A stretch of 64,000 bases of DNA from Acidimicrobiia bacterium (GCA_035544615.1 DATKEA010000017.1:1949-65948); one strand, 5' to 3'. Positions 18,437-33,054 are shown, counted from the stretch's first letter. The notes: generated from the sequence alone by a model not told the origin. Translations and numbers: made by a program.

Positions 18437-19494
18437 TGGACGAGTCGCTCGCGCGGCGGTTCGCCGAGATCGAGACGGCTTTCGAGGAAACCGAGGCAGC
18501 GCTGGGCAATCCAGAGATCCTGGCCGACTCCTCCCAGCTGGCCGAGCTAGGGAGACGTCATTCCGAGCTGCGGGAGGTCGTCGCCGACATTCGCCGTCTC
18601 CGGCAGCTCAACACCGATCTTCAAGAGGCCCGCGAGATGTCATCCGACGCGGACATGTCTCGACTCGCAGAGGATCTCTCGGTGGAGATAGAGGGGCTCG
18701 AGCAACGCATCAGCGCCACCCTGGTCCCCAAGGATCCGTCCGCCTCTCGGGACGTCATCGTCGAGATACGCTCGGCGGCGGGGGGGGACGAAGCCGCGAT
18801 CTGGGCCGGCGACTTGTTGCGCATGTATGAGCGCTACGCCGAGCAAAGCGGGTTCAAGTTCGAGGCCATGGATTCCTCCCCTTCTGAAGCCGGTGGTTAC
18901 GACAAGGTCACCGTCGCCATCAAGGGAAGGGGCGCATACTCGAGGATGAAGTACGAAGCCGGGGTCCATCGGGTACAGCGGGTGCCAAAGACCGAGTCAC
19001 AAGGACGGATCCACACTTCGACCGCGACCGTCGCCGTCCTGCCCGAGGTTGAGGAGGTGGAGGTGGAGATCGACCCCAATGACGTGAAGGTCGACGTCTA
19101 TCGATCGACCGGGCCGGGCGGCCAGTCGGTGAACACCACCGACTCGGCAGTGCGTCTCACCCATCTGCCCACCAACCTGGTGGTGACCTGTCAGGACGAG
19201 AAGAGCCAGCTCCAGAACAAGGAGAAGGCCATGCGCATCCTGCGAGCCCGGCTCTATCAGATCGAGCTGGAACGACAGCAGGCGGAATTGGCCGGGGCGA
19301 GACGATCCCAGGTGGGGTCCGGTGGCCGCTCGGAGAAGGTTCGCACCTACAACTACAAGGAGAACCGGGTGACCGACCATCGCATCGGTCTCACCCTTAA
19401 GCGACTGGACCAGGTACTGGCAGGAGATCTGGGCGAGCTCGTCGATGCACTAGCAGCTGACGAGCAGGCGACCCGGTTAGCCGCCGGCGACTGA
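18433..19494 (+). CDS. prfA: Peptide chain release factor 1
   Basis: GGQ motif ([24 protein letters not shown]) and an RF1-type domain arrangement. Confidence 0.9.
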   Translation: MMDESLARRFAEIETAFEETEAALGNPEILADSSQLAELGRRHSELREVVADIRRLRQLNTDLQEAREMSSDADMSRLAEDLSVEIEGLEQRISATLVPKDPSASRDVIVEIRSAAGGDEAAIWAGDLLRMYERYAEQSGFKFEAMDSSPSEAGGYDKVTVAIKGRGAYSRMKYEAGVHRVQRVPKTESQGRIHTSTATVAVLPEVEEVEVEIDPNDVKVDVYRSTGPGGQSVNTTDSAVRLTHLPTNLVVTCQDEKSQLQNKEKAMRILRARLYQIELERQQAELAGARRSQVGSGGRSEKVRTYNYKENRVTDHRIGLTLKRLDQVLAGDLGELVDALAADEQATRLAAGD

Positions 19495-19498
19495 AGGC

Positions 19499-20908
19499 TC
19501 AGGCATCGGCACCGAGGTTGGCCACGCCCTTGCGCTCCATGTTTCCCCAGGCGCGGGTCTCTTTGCCTCCGATGATCGCCCTGATCCGCCACGCCACCGT
19601 GATCTGGCGCAACCCAAAGTTCTCGATGAGCACCATGACGATGAGTCGGGCGGTGTCGACCTTCGAGTTGAAGTAGCCGTATGTCTCATCCAACAAAAGG
19701 GCAATCAGGGAGTTGAGCAGCCCCACGCCGAAGGCGAGAGCCAGCAGTATCACCAGCGAGGTGGTGTTGAGAGCGCCGAGGATCAGAGCCACCGGGATCG
19801 TTATCCATCCCACGAACTCGACGATCGGGGCCACGTACTCGAAAAGGAACATCGCGGCCCAGGTGACCATCCCCACCTTGCCGTACTTGGGGTTGAACGT
19901 CATGGGCATGAAATCCTTGACCGCGGTCATCAGGCCACGGTGCCAGCGGATCCGCTGACGCCTCAAGACACGGAGAGTCTCGGGGACTTCGGTCCAGATC
20001 ACCGCCGAGGGCTCGTAAACGATCCGGTACGGGATCGAGTTGTCGATGTGGTAGCGGTGGAGACGCATCGTCAGATCCATGTCCTCGCCCATGTGGCCAC
20101 TGGTGAATCCGCCAACGGCGATGACGGCTGACCGTTTCCATACCCCAAACGCACCCGAGACCAGGGGCAAAGCTTCCATACCCGACCATGCCGGCCGTGA
20201 AGCGAGAAAGGTGCGGACGTACTCCAGGACCTGCATGCGAGGCACCAGCTTCTTGGGAACCTCGGCCCGTATCAGGTGACCGAGTTGGACACGACTTCCG
20301 TTGAGTGGGCGTATGTTCCCGCCGACGGCGATGGTCCGAACCCGGTCCTCCACCACGCGCCGCATCGCTCCCACCAGGCAATTGGCGTCGAGAATCACAT
20401 CGGCATCTGTGCAAAGGGCATACGGATATCGGGCGGCGTTGATTCCGGCGTTGAGCGCATCGGCACGGCCCCCGTTCTCCTTGTCGATCACAGTTATGTC
20501 GACACTCCCATGGCCCCGGTAGATCCCCCTGACCTCGGCTGTCGGGATATCCGGCCGATAGGGGATACGCACCTTCTCCAGGTGGAAGGCCTCGATCAGG
20601 ACTTGCAGCGTGTCGTCCGTCGATCCGTCGTTGGTGACGACGATCTCGAATCTCGGGTAGCCCACGATCGACATCGAACGGACCGAGTCGACGATGCCGG
20701 CCGCCTCGTTGTATGCGGGGATGACGATCGAAACCGGGGGAGAGGTCTGGCTGGACAACATGTCCGAGACCCGCCCGAACCGATCGAGATGGTGTACCCG
20801 TCTCATCACAGCTGCCGAGCGCAATCCCAGCCAGATGAGATAGGTCTGCATCAGGATGAAATAGACCAGGGTCGCGTAGCCGACCCAACGCAGGGCCTCG
20901 AAGATCAT
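19499..20908 (-). CDS. Processive family-2 glycosyltransferase (PgaC/cellulose-synthase/NodC-like), integral membrane
   Basis: PAYNEAAGI, TNDGSTDDT, DAD (DxD), the QxxRW motif (RQRIRWHRG) and flanking TM helices. Confidence 0.8.
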   Translation of the reverse strand: MIFEALRWVGYATLVYFILMQTYLIWLGLRSAAVMRRVHHLDRFGRVSDMLSSQTSPPVSIVIPAYNEAAGIVDSVRSMSIVGYPRFEIVVTNDGSTDDTLQVLIEAFHLEKVRIPYRPDIPTAEVRGIYRGHGSVDITVIDKENGGRADALNAGINAARYPYALCTDADVILDANCLVGAMRRVVEDRVRTIAVGGNIRPLNGSRVQLGHLIRAEVPKKLVPRMQVLEYVRTFLASRPAWSGMEALPLVSGAFGVWKRSAVIAVGGFTSGHMGEDMDLTMRLHRYHIDNSIPYRIVYEPSAVIWTEVPETLRVLRRQRIRWHRGLMTAVKDFMPMTFNPKYGKVGMVTWAAMFLFEYVAPIVEFVGWITIPVALILGALNTTSLVILLALAFGVGLLNSLIALLLDETYGYFNSKVDTARLIVMVLIENFGLRQITVAWRIRAIIGGKETRAWGNMERKGVANLGADA

Positions 20909-22050
20909 TTGGGCACCGCTTCTTGGGCGGTGACATAACCGAGAAGGACCCGGTCACCGTGGTTGGCCTCGCCTGCCTCGAATCGAGCTCTGGCCGCGGC
21001 CAGCTCACCGGAGTCGGCCAGCGCTTCTGCGGCGGCGTCGGCGGCGAACGGTCCCTCGGACTCGATCGCCTTCAACAGCAGGTCGGTCCCGCCCGGCAGG
21101 ATCGATAATGCCCCTGCGCTGTTGCGTCGGACCCACCAGTTCTCGTCTTCCAGACCCTCGGCCAGCACCGGATTGATCGAGGGGTCTCCGATCTGAGCGA
21201 GGGCGGTGGCCGACTTCGCCCTGAGCCTCCAATCGGGGTGGCGGAAGGTGTACTTGAGCGGTCTTATCGCCAGCGGACCGCCGACCACGCCCAAGGCGTC
21301 GATGGTGGCGATCGCTACCTCCGGGTCACTGGCGACCCGCAGCACCCCGGCGAGGGTCGGGCCGACTTCTTGATCGCCGATCGTGCCCAGGACTCGAATT
21401 GCCTCGATAACGCCCTGGTTCTGGTCGTGCCCGAGATTGACCCTTATGTAGGCGACGAGGGGCCAGGTGGCCTTGGTCCCGAACCCGACGAGCGTGTCGG
21501 CGAAGCGGGCCCGCACCCAAGGCTGTTCGAATCCGAACCTCTCCAGGATGGGGTCGATGGCGGAGGTATGTTGTATTCGCCCCAGGCCGCGGGCACATTG
21601 GATTCGTATCTCGGGCTCCCTGTCGTCGAGATGCTCGATCAGGACCGGCGCCGACGACTCGTCTCCCATCTCGGCGAGTGAGACGGCTGCTCGCAGCCGT
21701 CTCCCGAGCGGGAAGCGACTGCGGAGTCTTGCCTCTTGTCTCTTGGCCAGCCCACTTCTGTCGATGATCCCGGTGAGGTTGTCGATCTCCGTTCCGGAGA
21801 CGATGTTTCGGAGGTCGATGACCGCGTCGAGAAACGCATCATCGTCGGCGATATTGGTCCCGAATGGATCGGTGTGGTGTTGGAAGGCGAGATGACGGCT
21901 GAGAACAGTCACATACTCGGCGCGGCGCGCGGCGTGGATTCGCCTACGGCGGCGGTGCACTGCCTTCAGCGAGACCAGCCCCGTGAGGAGAATGATGTCG
22001 ATGAAGAAGACAACCGCGACCGCGATCAAGCCGATCGTTGTTGGGTTCAT
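20905..22050 (-). CDS. HEAT/PBS-lyase-repeat protein with N-terminal TM anchor
   Basis: N-terminal TM (IGLIAVAVVFFIDIILLTGLV) then repeated helical units with a conserved Ala/Leu/Gly/Asp spacing (ARGLGRI, ADTLVGFG, IRVLGTIGD, ATALAQIGD, AAEALADSG). Its stop overlaps the GT2 start (ATGA). Confidence 0.6.
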   Translation of the reverse strand: MNPTTIGLIAVAVVFFIDIILLTGLVSLKAVHRRRRRIHAARRAEYVTVLSRHLAFQHHTDPFGTNIADDDAFLDAVIDLRNIVSGTEIDNLTGIIDRSGLAKRQEARLRSRFPLGRRLRAAVSLAEMGDESSAPVLIEHLDDREPEIRIQCARGLGRIQHTSAIDPILERFGFEQPWVRARFADTLVGFGTKATWPLVAYIRVNLGHDQNQGVIEAIRVLGTIGDQEVGPTLAGVLRVASDPEVAIATIDALGVVGGPLAIRPLKYTFRHPDWRLRAKSATALAQIGDPSINPVLAEGLEDENWWVRRNSAGALSILPGGTDLLLKAIESEGPFAADAAAEALADSGELAAARARFEAGEANHGDRVLLGYVTAQEAVPK

Positions 22051-22104
22051 GAGATCTCTAGGGTTTATCGGCTGGCGCGGTCACCGCATTGAGCGGTGCG
22101 CTCG

Positions 22105-22473
22105 TCAGCCAAGCAGACGCTGGCGGATTCTGGCCATCAACTCGGGAAGATGAAACGGCTTGCGGACGAAGTCCACCGCCCCCAGGTCGAGGCTGCTCAC
22201 CACTGTTCTGTCGTCGTCCACCCCTGAGAGCATGATGACCCGGTTCACATGCCCTTCTTGTTGCCACCGATCGATGACCTCCAAACCAAGCAATCCGGGC
22301 ATCAGCTGGTCCATGATCACCAGGTCGAACTCGCCCGTGATCCCCTTCTCGTACGCCTCCACGCCATTAATCGCGGTGTCGACCGCATAACCTTCCAACT
22401 CCAGAGCGGTCGCCAGGAGTGTCGTCACGGTTGCCGAGTCGTCGGCAACCAGCACTCTCTTGACGTCGGGCAT
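22105..22473 (-). CDS. Stand-alone response regulator receiver (CheY-like REC) protein
   Basis: KRVLVADD...DLVIMDQLMPG...K phospho-acceptor architecture. An alternative start at 22533 would add 20 acidic residues. Confidence 0.7.
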   Translation of the reverse strand: MPDVKRVLVADDSATVTTLLATALELEGYAVDTAINGVEAYEKGITGEFDLVIMDQLMPGLLGLEVIDRWQQEGHVNRVIMLSGVDDDRTVVSSLDLGAVDFVRKPFHLPELMARIRQRLLG

Positions 22474-22624
22474 GGGGGGTCCCAGCTTCTCTTCGCTTTC
22501 GGATTCCTCGCTGATGATGGCAGATCTCCCCATCGCGCTCGGCGCTTCCCTGACTTGGGGCCTGAGCGGCGTATCTTCTCAATTCTGTTCGTGCTCGTTC
22601 ACGCGTGGGAGACTTGGTGCGCCC

Positions 22625-23350
22625 ATGGAGATAATTCCTGATCATGAGATGTCGAGACTCCAATCGCTCGCAGGGCGGGAAACGCCCCTGGAGGACCTGA
22701 TCGCTCGCCGTCTCGCCGGTGAACCGCTCCAATACATCGAGGGGATGGCAGCCTTCGGCCCACTCGAGTTGGTGGTCGACGAAAGGGTGCTCATCCCGCG
22801 TCCCGAGACCGAGGGCCTGTTCGAGCTGGCGACCCGTCTGGTGCGGACACCGGAGGTGGTCGTCGACCTGTGCACCGGGTCGGGTGCGTTGGGGTTGGCC
22901 CTCAAGAGCTTCTTCCCCGGCGCCGCGGTGTTTGCCACTGACATCTCGGCTGATGCGATTGAGGTGGCGGCATCCAACCGAGATCGGACAGGTCTGCATG
23001 TCTATCTGGCAGAAGGCAATCTCTTCGACCCTCTGCCCGCCGCGATGTTGGGCACGGTCGACTTGATCGTGGCCAACCCGCCATATATTGCCGAGGTGGA
23101 CTTTCCCGGCCTGCCGAGGGACGTGCAAAGGGAGCCGCGTGTTGCACTTGTCTCCGGCCCGACTGGTCTCGAGATCATCCAGGAGATCGGTGCATCGGCG
23201 GCGGCCTGGCTTCGCCCGGGAGGGGTCGTCATCTGCGAGATCGGTGATCGTCAGGCGGTCTCGGCGTCGAGCTCCTTCCGCGATCTCCCTGCCGTCGTTC
23301 GTCAGGACCTCACCGGACGCGACCGCTACGTGGTCGCCGTCAAACCGTGA
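22625..23350 (+). CDS. prmC: Release-factor glutamine N5-methyltransferase
   Basis: LIPRPETE, the SAM motif (VDLCTGSGALGLAL) and the NPPY catalytic motif. The start is uncertain (22514 or 22625). Confidence 0.8.
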   Translation: MEIIPDHEMSRLQSLAGRETPLEDLIARRLAGEPLQYIEGMAAFGPLELVVDERVLIPRPETEGLFELATRLVRTPEVVVDLCTGSGALGLALKSFFPGAAVFATDISADAIEVAASNRDRTGLHVYLAEGNLFDPLPAAMLGTVDLIVANPPYIAEVDFPGLPRDVQREPRVALVSGPTGLEIIQEIGASAAAWLRPGGVVICEIGDRQAVSASSSFRDLPAVVRQDLTGRDRYVVAVKP

Positions 23351-23907
23351 TGATCGAGCGGGCCGTTGGATCGATCAACGCCGGGGAGGTGATCGGTCTT
23401 CCCACCGACACCGTCTATGGGCTCGGTGTCGATCCTCTGAACCGAGCTGCGGTCGCCAAGCTCTATGAGTTGAAGGGACGGCCCGACCACAGGCCGGTGG
23501 GTCTCCTCGTCGCCTCGATCGAGCAGGCACGAGAGATCGGCGTGTTCGATCGGGTGGGCGAGGGCCTGATGACGGCTCATTGGCCGGGGCCCCTGACCCT
23601 GGTGGTCGCTCCTAAGGTCATTCTGGCCGACTGGGTCGGCGACACCCAGACTCGCACCGTAGGGCTGCGGGTTCCGGACCTGGGGGTGACGATCGAGCTT
23701 CTCTCCGAGACCGGCCCTCTCGCCGTCACTTCGGCGAATCTCAGCGGCGGGCCAGAGACCATGGGCGACGCCGAAGCGCGAGCGCTGTTTGGCGATCAGG
23801 TGGCCTTCTATGTGGAGGGCAAGGCGCCTGGGGGAGTCTCATCGACGGTCGTCGACCTCACCGGCTCTCATCCTGTGGTGTTGCGCGAGGGCCCGGTCCG
23901 CATCTAG
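23347..23907 (+). CDS. tsaC: L-threonylcarbamoyladenylate synthase (YrdC/TsaC/Sua5 family)
   Basis: GEVIGLPTDTVYGLGVDP and KGR motifs. Single YrdC domain of 186 aa. Confidence 0.85.
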   Translation: MMIERAVGSINAGEVIGLPTDTVYGLGVDPLNRAAVAKLYELKGRPDHRPVGLLVASIEQAREIGVFDRVGEGLMTAHWPGPLTLVVAPKVILADWVGDTQTRTVGLRVPDLGVTIELLSETGPLAVTSANLSGGPETMGDAEARALFGDQVAFYVEGKAPGGVSSTVVDLTGSHPVVLREGPVRI

Positions 23908-23921
23908 TTACCCTCCGGGTC

Positions 23922-25193
23922 ATGATCTCAATGGACTCCCTGGAGCAGGTCGATCCCGCGATTGCGGATCTCATACGGAAGGACTTGGAAAGGCAGAACA
24001 CGCACATCCACCTCATCGCATCGGAGAACTTCGCCTCTCCGGCGGTCATGGCGGCTTCCGGCTCGGTATTCACCAACAAATACGCCGAGGGTTACCCGGG
24101 CCGCCGCTACTACGAGGGTTGCCAGATCGTCGACGAGATGGAACAGCTCGCCATCGATCGAGCCAAGGAGCTGTTCGGCGCGGGGCACGCCAACGTTCAG
24201 GCCCACTCCGGCGCACAGGCCAACATGGGTGTCTACTTCTCCTTGCTCGAGCCCGGTGACCGGGTGCTGGGCATGCGGCTCGACCAGGGTGGGCATCTCA
24301 CCCATGGGTCCCCGGTCAACTTCTCCGGTCTCTATTACGACTTCGTCGCCTACGGGGTCGACCCCGAATCCGAGTTGATCGACATGGACCAGGTTCGCTC
24401 CTTGGCCCTGGAGCACAAACCCAAGATCGTCCTCGCCGGCTACTCCGCCTATTCGCGCACCCTCGATTACGAGGGCTTTCGCTCCATCGCCGACGAGGTC
24501 GGCGCCATCTTCATGGTTGACGCGGCGCATTTCATCGGGCTGGTCGCCGGTGGGTCATATCCCTCCCCGGTGGCTCACGCCGATGTGGTGACCGGCACCA
24601 CGCACAAGGCTCTCAGGGGTCCCCGGGGTGGCCTGATCCTGAGCACCGAGGAGTTTGCCCGGGACATCGACAAGGCCGTGTTCCCCAACGCTCAGGGTGG
24701 GCCTATCGAGTCGCAGATCGCGGCCAAGGCCGTGTCGTTCCAGGAGGCGAGCCAGCCCGAGTTCCACCAGTACACCGAGCAGATCGTGGCCAACGCCCGG
24801 GCCATGGCGGGGAGCATCCAGGAGCAGGGAGTCCGGGTGGTCTCCGGTGGGACGGACAACCACCTGTTCCTCATCGACCTGAGGTCGATCGACGAGGACC
24901 TGACCGGAAAGGAGGCTGCGAGGTTGCTGGACGAGCTCGGGATCACGGTCAACTTCAACACCATCCCCTTCGATCCCCGGCCGCCGTTCCGGGCATCGGG
25001 GTTGAGGATCGGCACTCCTGCGATGACCACTCAGGGAATGAAGGAGGAACAGGCAACGGAAGTGTCGATGCTGATCGCGCGCGCCCTTCAGAATCGTCAC
25101 GACGCGTCGGTCCTCGACGAGGTGGCGGCCAGGGCAGGCGAGCTCGCCTCGAGCTTCTCCCCGTACCCGATCGATTTTGCCGGCCATGTGTAG
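23922..25193 (+). CDS. glyA: Serine hydroxymethyltransferase
   Basis: LIASENF, the PLP-lysine region TTHKALRGPRGG, full length. Confidence 0.9.
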   Translation: MISMDSLEQVDPAIADLIRKDLERQNTHIHLIASENFASPAVMAASGSVFTNKYAEGYPGRRYYEGCQIVDEMEQLAIDRAKELFGAGHANVQAHSGAQANMGVYFSLLEPGDRVLGMRLDQGGHLTHGSPVNFSGLYYDFVAYGVDPESELIDMDQVRSLALEHKPKIVLAGYSAYSRTLDYEGFRSIADEVGAIFMVDAAHFIGLVAGGSYPSPVAHADVVTGTTHKALRGPRGGLILSTEEFARDIDKAVFPNAQGGPIESQIAAKAVSFQEASQPEFHQYTEQIVANARAMAGSIQEQGVRVVSGGTDNHLFLIDLRSIDEDLTGKEAARLLDELGITVNFNTIPFDPRPPFRASGLRIGTPAMTTQGMKEEQATEVSMLIARALQNRHDASVLDEVAARAGELASSFSPYPIDFAGHV

Positions 25194-25248
25194 CGATTCC
25201 AGAACGGCTAGCTTCGATTTGTCGGTCAAGAGAACCATCCCTAAACTT

Positions 25249-25264
25249 TGTGAATAGATTCACA
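25249..25264. promoter_or_regulatory. Perfect CRP/GlxR-type palindrome TGTGA-N6-TCACA (tgtgaatagattcaca; extended IR ttgtgaatagattcacaa), about 30 bp upstream of the first ATP synthase operon gene
   Basis: Read directly from the window. The glyA stop is at 25193 and atpZ begins at 25292. Confidence 0.35.
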
Positions 25265-25291
25265 AGCCCGAGTCGATCGAACTGATACTCG

Positions 25292-25528
25292 ATGAAACAC
25301 GAGACACCCCATCAACACGTCGGGCGCGCCGTCAGCGAAGGCTGGCTCCAGGGAGGCTCGTTCACTGCTTCGATCCTCTCGGGAACACTTCTCGGTTATC
25401 TGGCCGACATGTGGCTGGGTACCGACCCCTGGTTGGTGGTCGCCGGGATCCTGCTCGGCTCCTACTCGGGTTTCATGAACATGTGGCGTTACTCGAAGAA
25501 GATGGAGGAGGCCTCGCGTGGATCGTGA
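25292..25528 (+). CDS. Small F0F1-ATPase-associated membrane protein (AtpZ/AtpR-like)
   Basis: 78 aa, two TM helices, the first gene of the atp operon. Confidence 0.45.
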   Translation: MKHETPHQHVGRAVSEGWLQGGSFTASILSGTLLGYLADMWLGTDPWLVVAGILLGSYSGFMNMWRYSKKMEEASRGS

Positions 25529-25918
25529 GCACGGGCCGGCCATCGAGGCCAACCTGGCCCGGGACACGGTGGCCCGAGCCATCTATGTCGGCCCGGCTCT
25601 GGTGATCCTCTTCGCGGCTGTGCGCGGGTGGGACGGGGCGTGGAGCTCAGCGCTCGGGGTGGCGGTGGTGATCGCCAACTTTCTGCTCTCAGGCGCCATC
25701 CTCTCGATTTCGGCAAGGATCAGCCTCCAGGCTTATCATGCCGCCGCTCTGATTGGTTTCTTCCTACGTCTTGGCTTGTTCGTCGGCGCGGTCTATCTCA
25801 TTGCCAACCTGGTGGAGGTGGATCGCCTGGCGTTCGGGATCTCGGCAGTGATCGCATACTTCACGCTATTGACCTGGGAAGCAGTCTCGATGACCAGAGG
25901 TAGAGAAAAGGAGCTGAG

Positions 25919-25931
<13 letters not shown>
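25518..25931 (+). CDS. atpI: ATP synthase protein I
   Basis: 137 aa, four hydrophobic helices, immediately upstream of atpB. Confidence 0.5.
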
Positions 25932-26970
<1,039 letters not shown>

Positions 26971-26979
26971 GAGGCGGAG

Positions 26980-27525
26980 ATGCAAGTCTTGACAGCCATG
27001 GCCGTGCTGGCCACCGATGAGCCAGCGTCCGGCGTCAGTCTGGTGCTGCCACATCCCTCCGAGCTGATTGCCGGCATCCTTGCCTTTCTCATAGTCTTCT
27101 TCTTCGTATGGAAGTGGGCCTTGCCCACCATCAACAAGACTCTGGAGGCACGCCAGCAGGCGATCACCGGCCAGCTGGAGCACGCCGAGGAGACCAAGAA
27201 GGAGGCCGAGAGCCTTCTCGCCGACTACAAGGCACAGCTAGCCGAGGCCAAGGCCGAGGGGAATCGGCTGATCGAAGAAGCGCGTCTGGCCGGGGAGCAG
27301 CTCAAGGCCGACATCGTGGCCAGAGCCGAGGAACAGGCGGCCCAGACCCTGGCCAAAGCACGCGACGAGGCGCAAGCCGAGAAGTCGCGCGCTATGACCG
27401 AAGCTCGCCGGGAGGTGGGGGAGATCTCCGTCGAGCTGGCCGAGAGGATTGTGGGCGGCTCGCTCGACAACAAGATGCAGAAAGACCTCATCGAGCGATA
27501 CCTGACCGAGCTGGAGACGCTCTAA
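26980..27525 (+). CDS. atpF: ATP synthase F0 subunit b
   Basis: N-terminal TM then a long charged coiled coil. Confidence 0.85.
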   Translation: MQVLTAMAVLATDEPASGVSLVLPHPSELIAGILAFLIVFFFVWKWALPTINKTLEARQQAITGQLEHAEETKKEAESLLADYKAQLAEAKAEGNRLIEEARLAGEQLKADIVARAEEQAAQTLAKARDEAQAEKSRAMTEARREVGEISVELAERIVGGSLDNKMQKDLIERYLTELETL

Positions 27526-28059
27526 ATGGACGAGCGGGTCACCGGATACGCACAGGCGATCTTGGACCTCGCTACCGCCGAGGGCGAGCTGGAACGAGTC
27601 GAGACCGAATTCCTGGCAATCAGCCAGGCTTTCGACAAGTCCGAGGAGTTGAGATCGGCGCTGACCGATCCCAGCCTCCCGTTGGAGAGGAAGCGCGCCA
27701 TCATCGACGACCTGATCGGCGGGCGGGCCTCCGCTCTCACCGTCGGCCTGGTCCAGTTCATTGCCGGGCAGGGCCGCTCGTCAGAGATCCCGGCCATCGC
27801 CAAGGCCTTTGTCGAGAAGGCGGTCGAGTCTCGCGACAAGGCCGTCGCCGAGGTTCGCTCGGCGGTGCCGCTCGACGAGCAAACCATCGAGCGTCTCGCC
27901 GTCGCTCTGGGCAAGGCGACTGGAAAGAGCGTCGAGGTGAAGGTCGTCGTAGATGACTCGGTCATCGGAGGGATCGTCGCCCGGGTCGGTGATGTCGTCA
28001 TCGACGGATCGCTCGCCAACGCGATCGCGGAGCTGCGCCAGGCCGTATTGAGCCGATGA
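27526..28059 (+). CDS. atpH: ATP synthase F1 subunit delta
   Basis: OSCP-like sequence, positioned between atpF and atpA. Confidence 0.85.
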   Translation: MDERVTGYAQAILDLATAEGELERVETEFLAISQAFDKSEELRSALTDPSLPLERKRAIIDDLIGGRASALTVGLVQFIAGQGRSSEIPAIAKAFVEKAVESRDKAVAEVRSAVPLDEQTIERLAVALGKATGKSVEVKVVVDDSVIGGIVARVGDVVIDGSLANAIAELRQAVLSR

Positions 28060-28069
28060 GGAGTTACAG

Positions 28070-29611
<1,542 letters not shown>

Positions 29612-29621
29612 GCAGCAGAGG

Positions 29622-30509
29622 ATGGCCTCAGCCCAGCTCCGGGACACCCGGCGTCGCATCAAGAGCGTCGAGGCGATCAAGAAGATAACCCGCGCCATGG
29701 AGCTGATCGCCACCAGCCGTATCCCCAAGGCGCAGGCACGGGTCAACTCTTCCAAGCCGTACACGGCCAAGCTCATCGAGGTAATCCGGAATGTCAGTGC
29801 AGGTGGCGCCGGGTCCTCACACCGGCTTCTCGAACGCCGGGAGATCAAGACAGTCGGCCTGTTAATTGTCTCATCCGACCGGGGTCTGGCCGGGTCGTAT
29901 GCCTCCAATGTCATCCGTCTCACCGAAGCCCGGATCCGTGAGCTCGATCGGGAGGGCAAGGACGTCACCCTGTACACCGTCGGTAAGAAGGCCCAGGCCT
30001 ACTTCCGGTACCGGGGCTATCGGATCGAGAGTGCATACCTTGGAGTAACGGACACACCGGGATACGGGGACGCCCGGGCAGTCGCCAACACGGTGCTTGC
30101 CGCATTTGCCATGGCTCAGGTCGACTCTCTCGAGCTGTTCTACACCCGGTACCAGTCGGCTTTCATCCAGGTCCCGACCCGTCTCGAGCTGCTGCCGATC
30201 ACACCACCGGAAGCCGAGGAGGATGAACGGGCCCACGACGTCTCGTACGAGTTCGAGCCCTCACCGGATGAGATCCTCAACCGGTTGCTTCCCCGGTACG
30301 TGGAAGCAACCATCTTCAACGTGCTGCTCGAAGCCTCGGCTTCGGAACACAGTGCCCGGCGACGGGCGATGAAGGCTGCCACTGACAACGCCGAAGATCT
30401 GATACGGGTCCTGAGCGTCCAAGCCAACCGGGCCCGCCAGGCCGAGATCACCACCGCCATCTCCGAAATCGTGGGTGGCGCCGAAGCACTGGCCGAAGGC
30501 CGGAGATGA
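29622..30509 (+). CDS. atpG: ATP synthase F1 subunit gamma
   Basis: Conserved N- and C-terminal helices (RIKSV..ITRAME; ITTAISEIVGGAEAL). Confidence 0.9.
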   Translation: MASAQLRDTRRRIKSVEAIKKITRAMELIATSRIPKAQARVNSSKPYTAKLIEVIRNVSAGGAGSSHRLLERREIKTVGLLIVSSDRGLAGSYASNVIRLTEARIRELDREGKDVTLYTVGKKAQAYFRYRGYRIESAYLGVTDTPGYGDARAVANTVLAAFAMAQVDSLELFYTRYQSAFIQVPTRLELLPITPPEAEEDERAHDVSYEFEPSPDEILNRLLPRYVEATIFNVLLEASASEHSARRRAMKAATDNAEDLIRVLSVQANRARQAEITTAISEIVGGAEALAEGRR

Positions 30510-30521
30510 GAATTCAGATGA

Positions 30522-32299
<1,778 letters not shown>

Positions 32300-32317
32300 C
32301 CGGAGCCGCGACCGCCT

Positions 32318-32764
32318 CTACCCGGGTGGCGATTCGAAGCCGCGCACGAAGTCTTCGACGGTGCCGGTGAAACCATTCCCGATGGCGGCGGCAATCACCG
32401 GGAAGAACAGCGAGCCCAACACTCCGATGCCTTCGATGCGGAGGTCCACGAAGATCCTGGTCCCGATATCCACCGGGCTGAGCCCCACTGTCACCCGACC
32501 GTTGATCTCGGAGGTCCTGATGTCCCAGGCGATCAGTCTCTGGTCCTCGCGCCCCGCCGGAGCGGCCTGACCGAGGTACTTCCTTCCCCCAACGATGGTC
32601 TCGAACGAGAACCCTCTGAGTCGGCCGGAAGCGTCGAAGATGGGGTTGACGACCCGGTCAACTCCAGGGACGGCCTCCCAGGTCTGCGGCTCGTCGAGCG
32701 CAGACCAAACCGAAGGGATGGGTGTCGGCGTCGTGGCTGCATGCTGGAAGCTCTGCTCGGGCAC
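32318..32764 (-). CDS. SRPBCC-superfamily protein (CoxG-like), hypothetical
   Basis: About 148 aa with a START/Bet v1-like alternation of beta strands and a C-terminal helix. This is a weak call. Confidence 0.35.
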   Translation of the reverse strand: MPEQSFQHAATTPTPIPSVWSALDEPQTWEAVPGVDRVVNPIFDASGRLRGFSFETIVGGRKYLGQAAPAGREDQRLIAWDIRTSEINGRVTVGLSPVDIGTRIFVDLRIEGIGVLGSLFFPVIAAAIGNGFTGTVEDFVRGFESPPG

Positions 32765-33054
32765 GCCGGCAACCTAACCGAGTCGGCTCTGGCACCTGGA
32801 ATCAAGCCAGGGCTTCACATGTCGGGACCTGGTCGGGCGGTGGACCGGACCAGAGAGGGGGGCGCGCTCGTTGGCTCCACGAAATCGGGGCGACGTTTCC
32901 GTCGCCCCGATGCCCCTGGGAGGAGGGATCTGTTGTGGGTTCGGACCTCTTCGAGATCGTCGCCATGGAGAGTTGTAACGGCGGCGGGTTTCCTGATCGT
33001 GAACGCCGCCCATCGAGTTGCCGAACGCTTGGGGTGGACTTCCGTCGCTGACGG

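Noticed and set aside
22460-22624. Long N-terminal extension of prmC from the ORF-track start at 22460
   Set aside because: It would overlap the divergent REC gene start. The extension (MTSGMGGPSFSSLSDSS...) does not resemble the PrmC N-domain. An internal Met at 22625, or possibly 22514, is more plausible.
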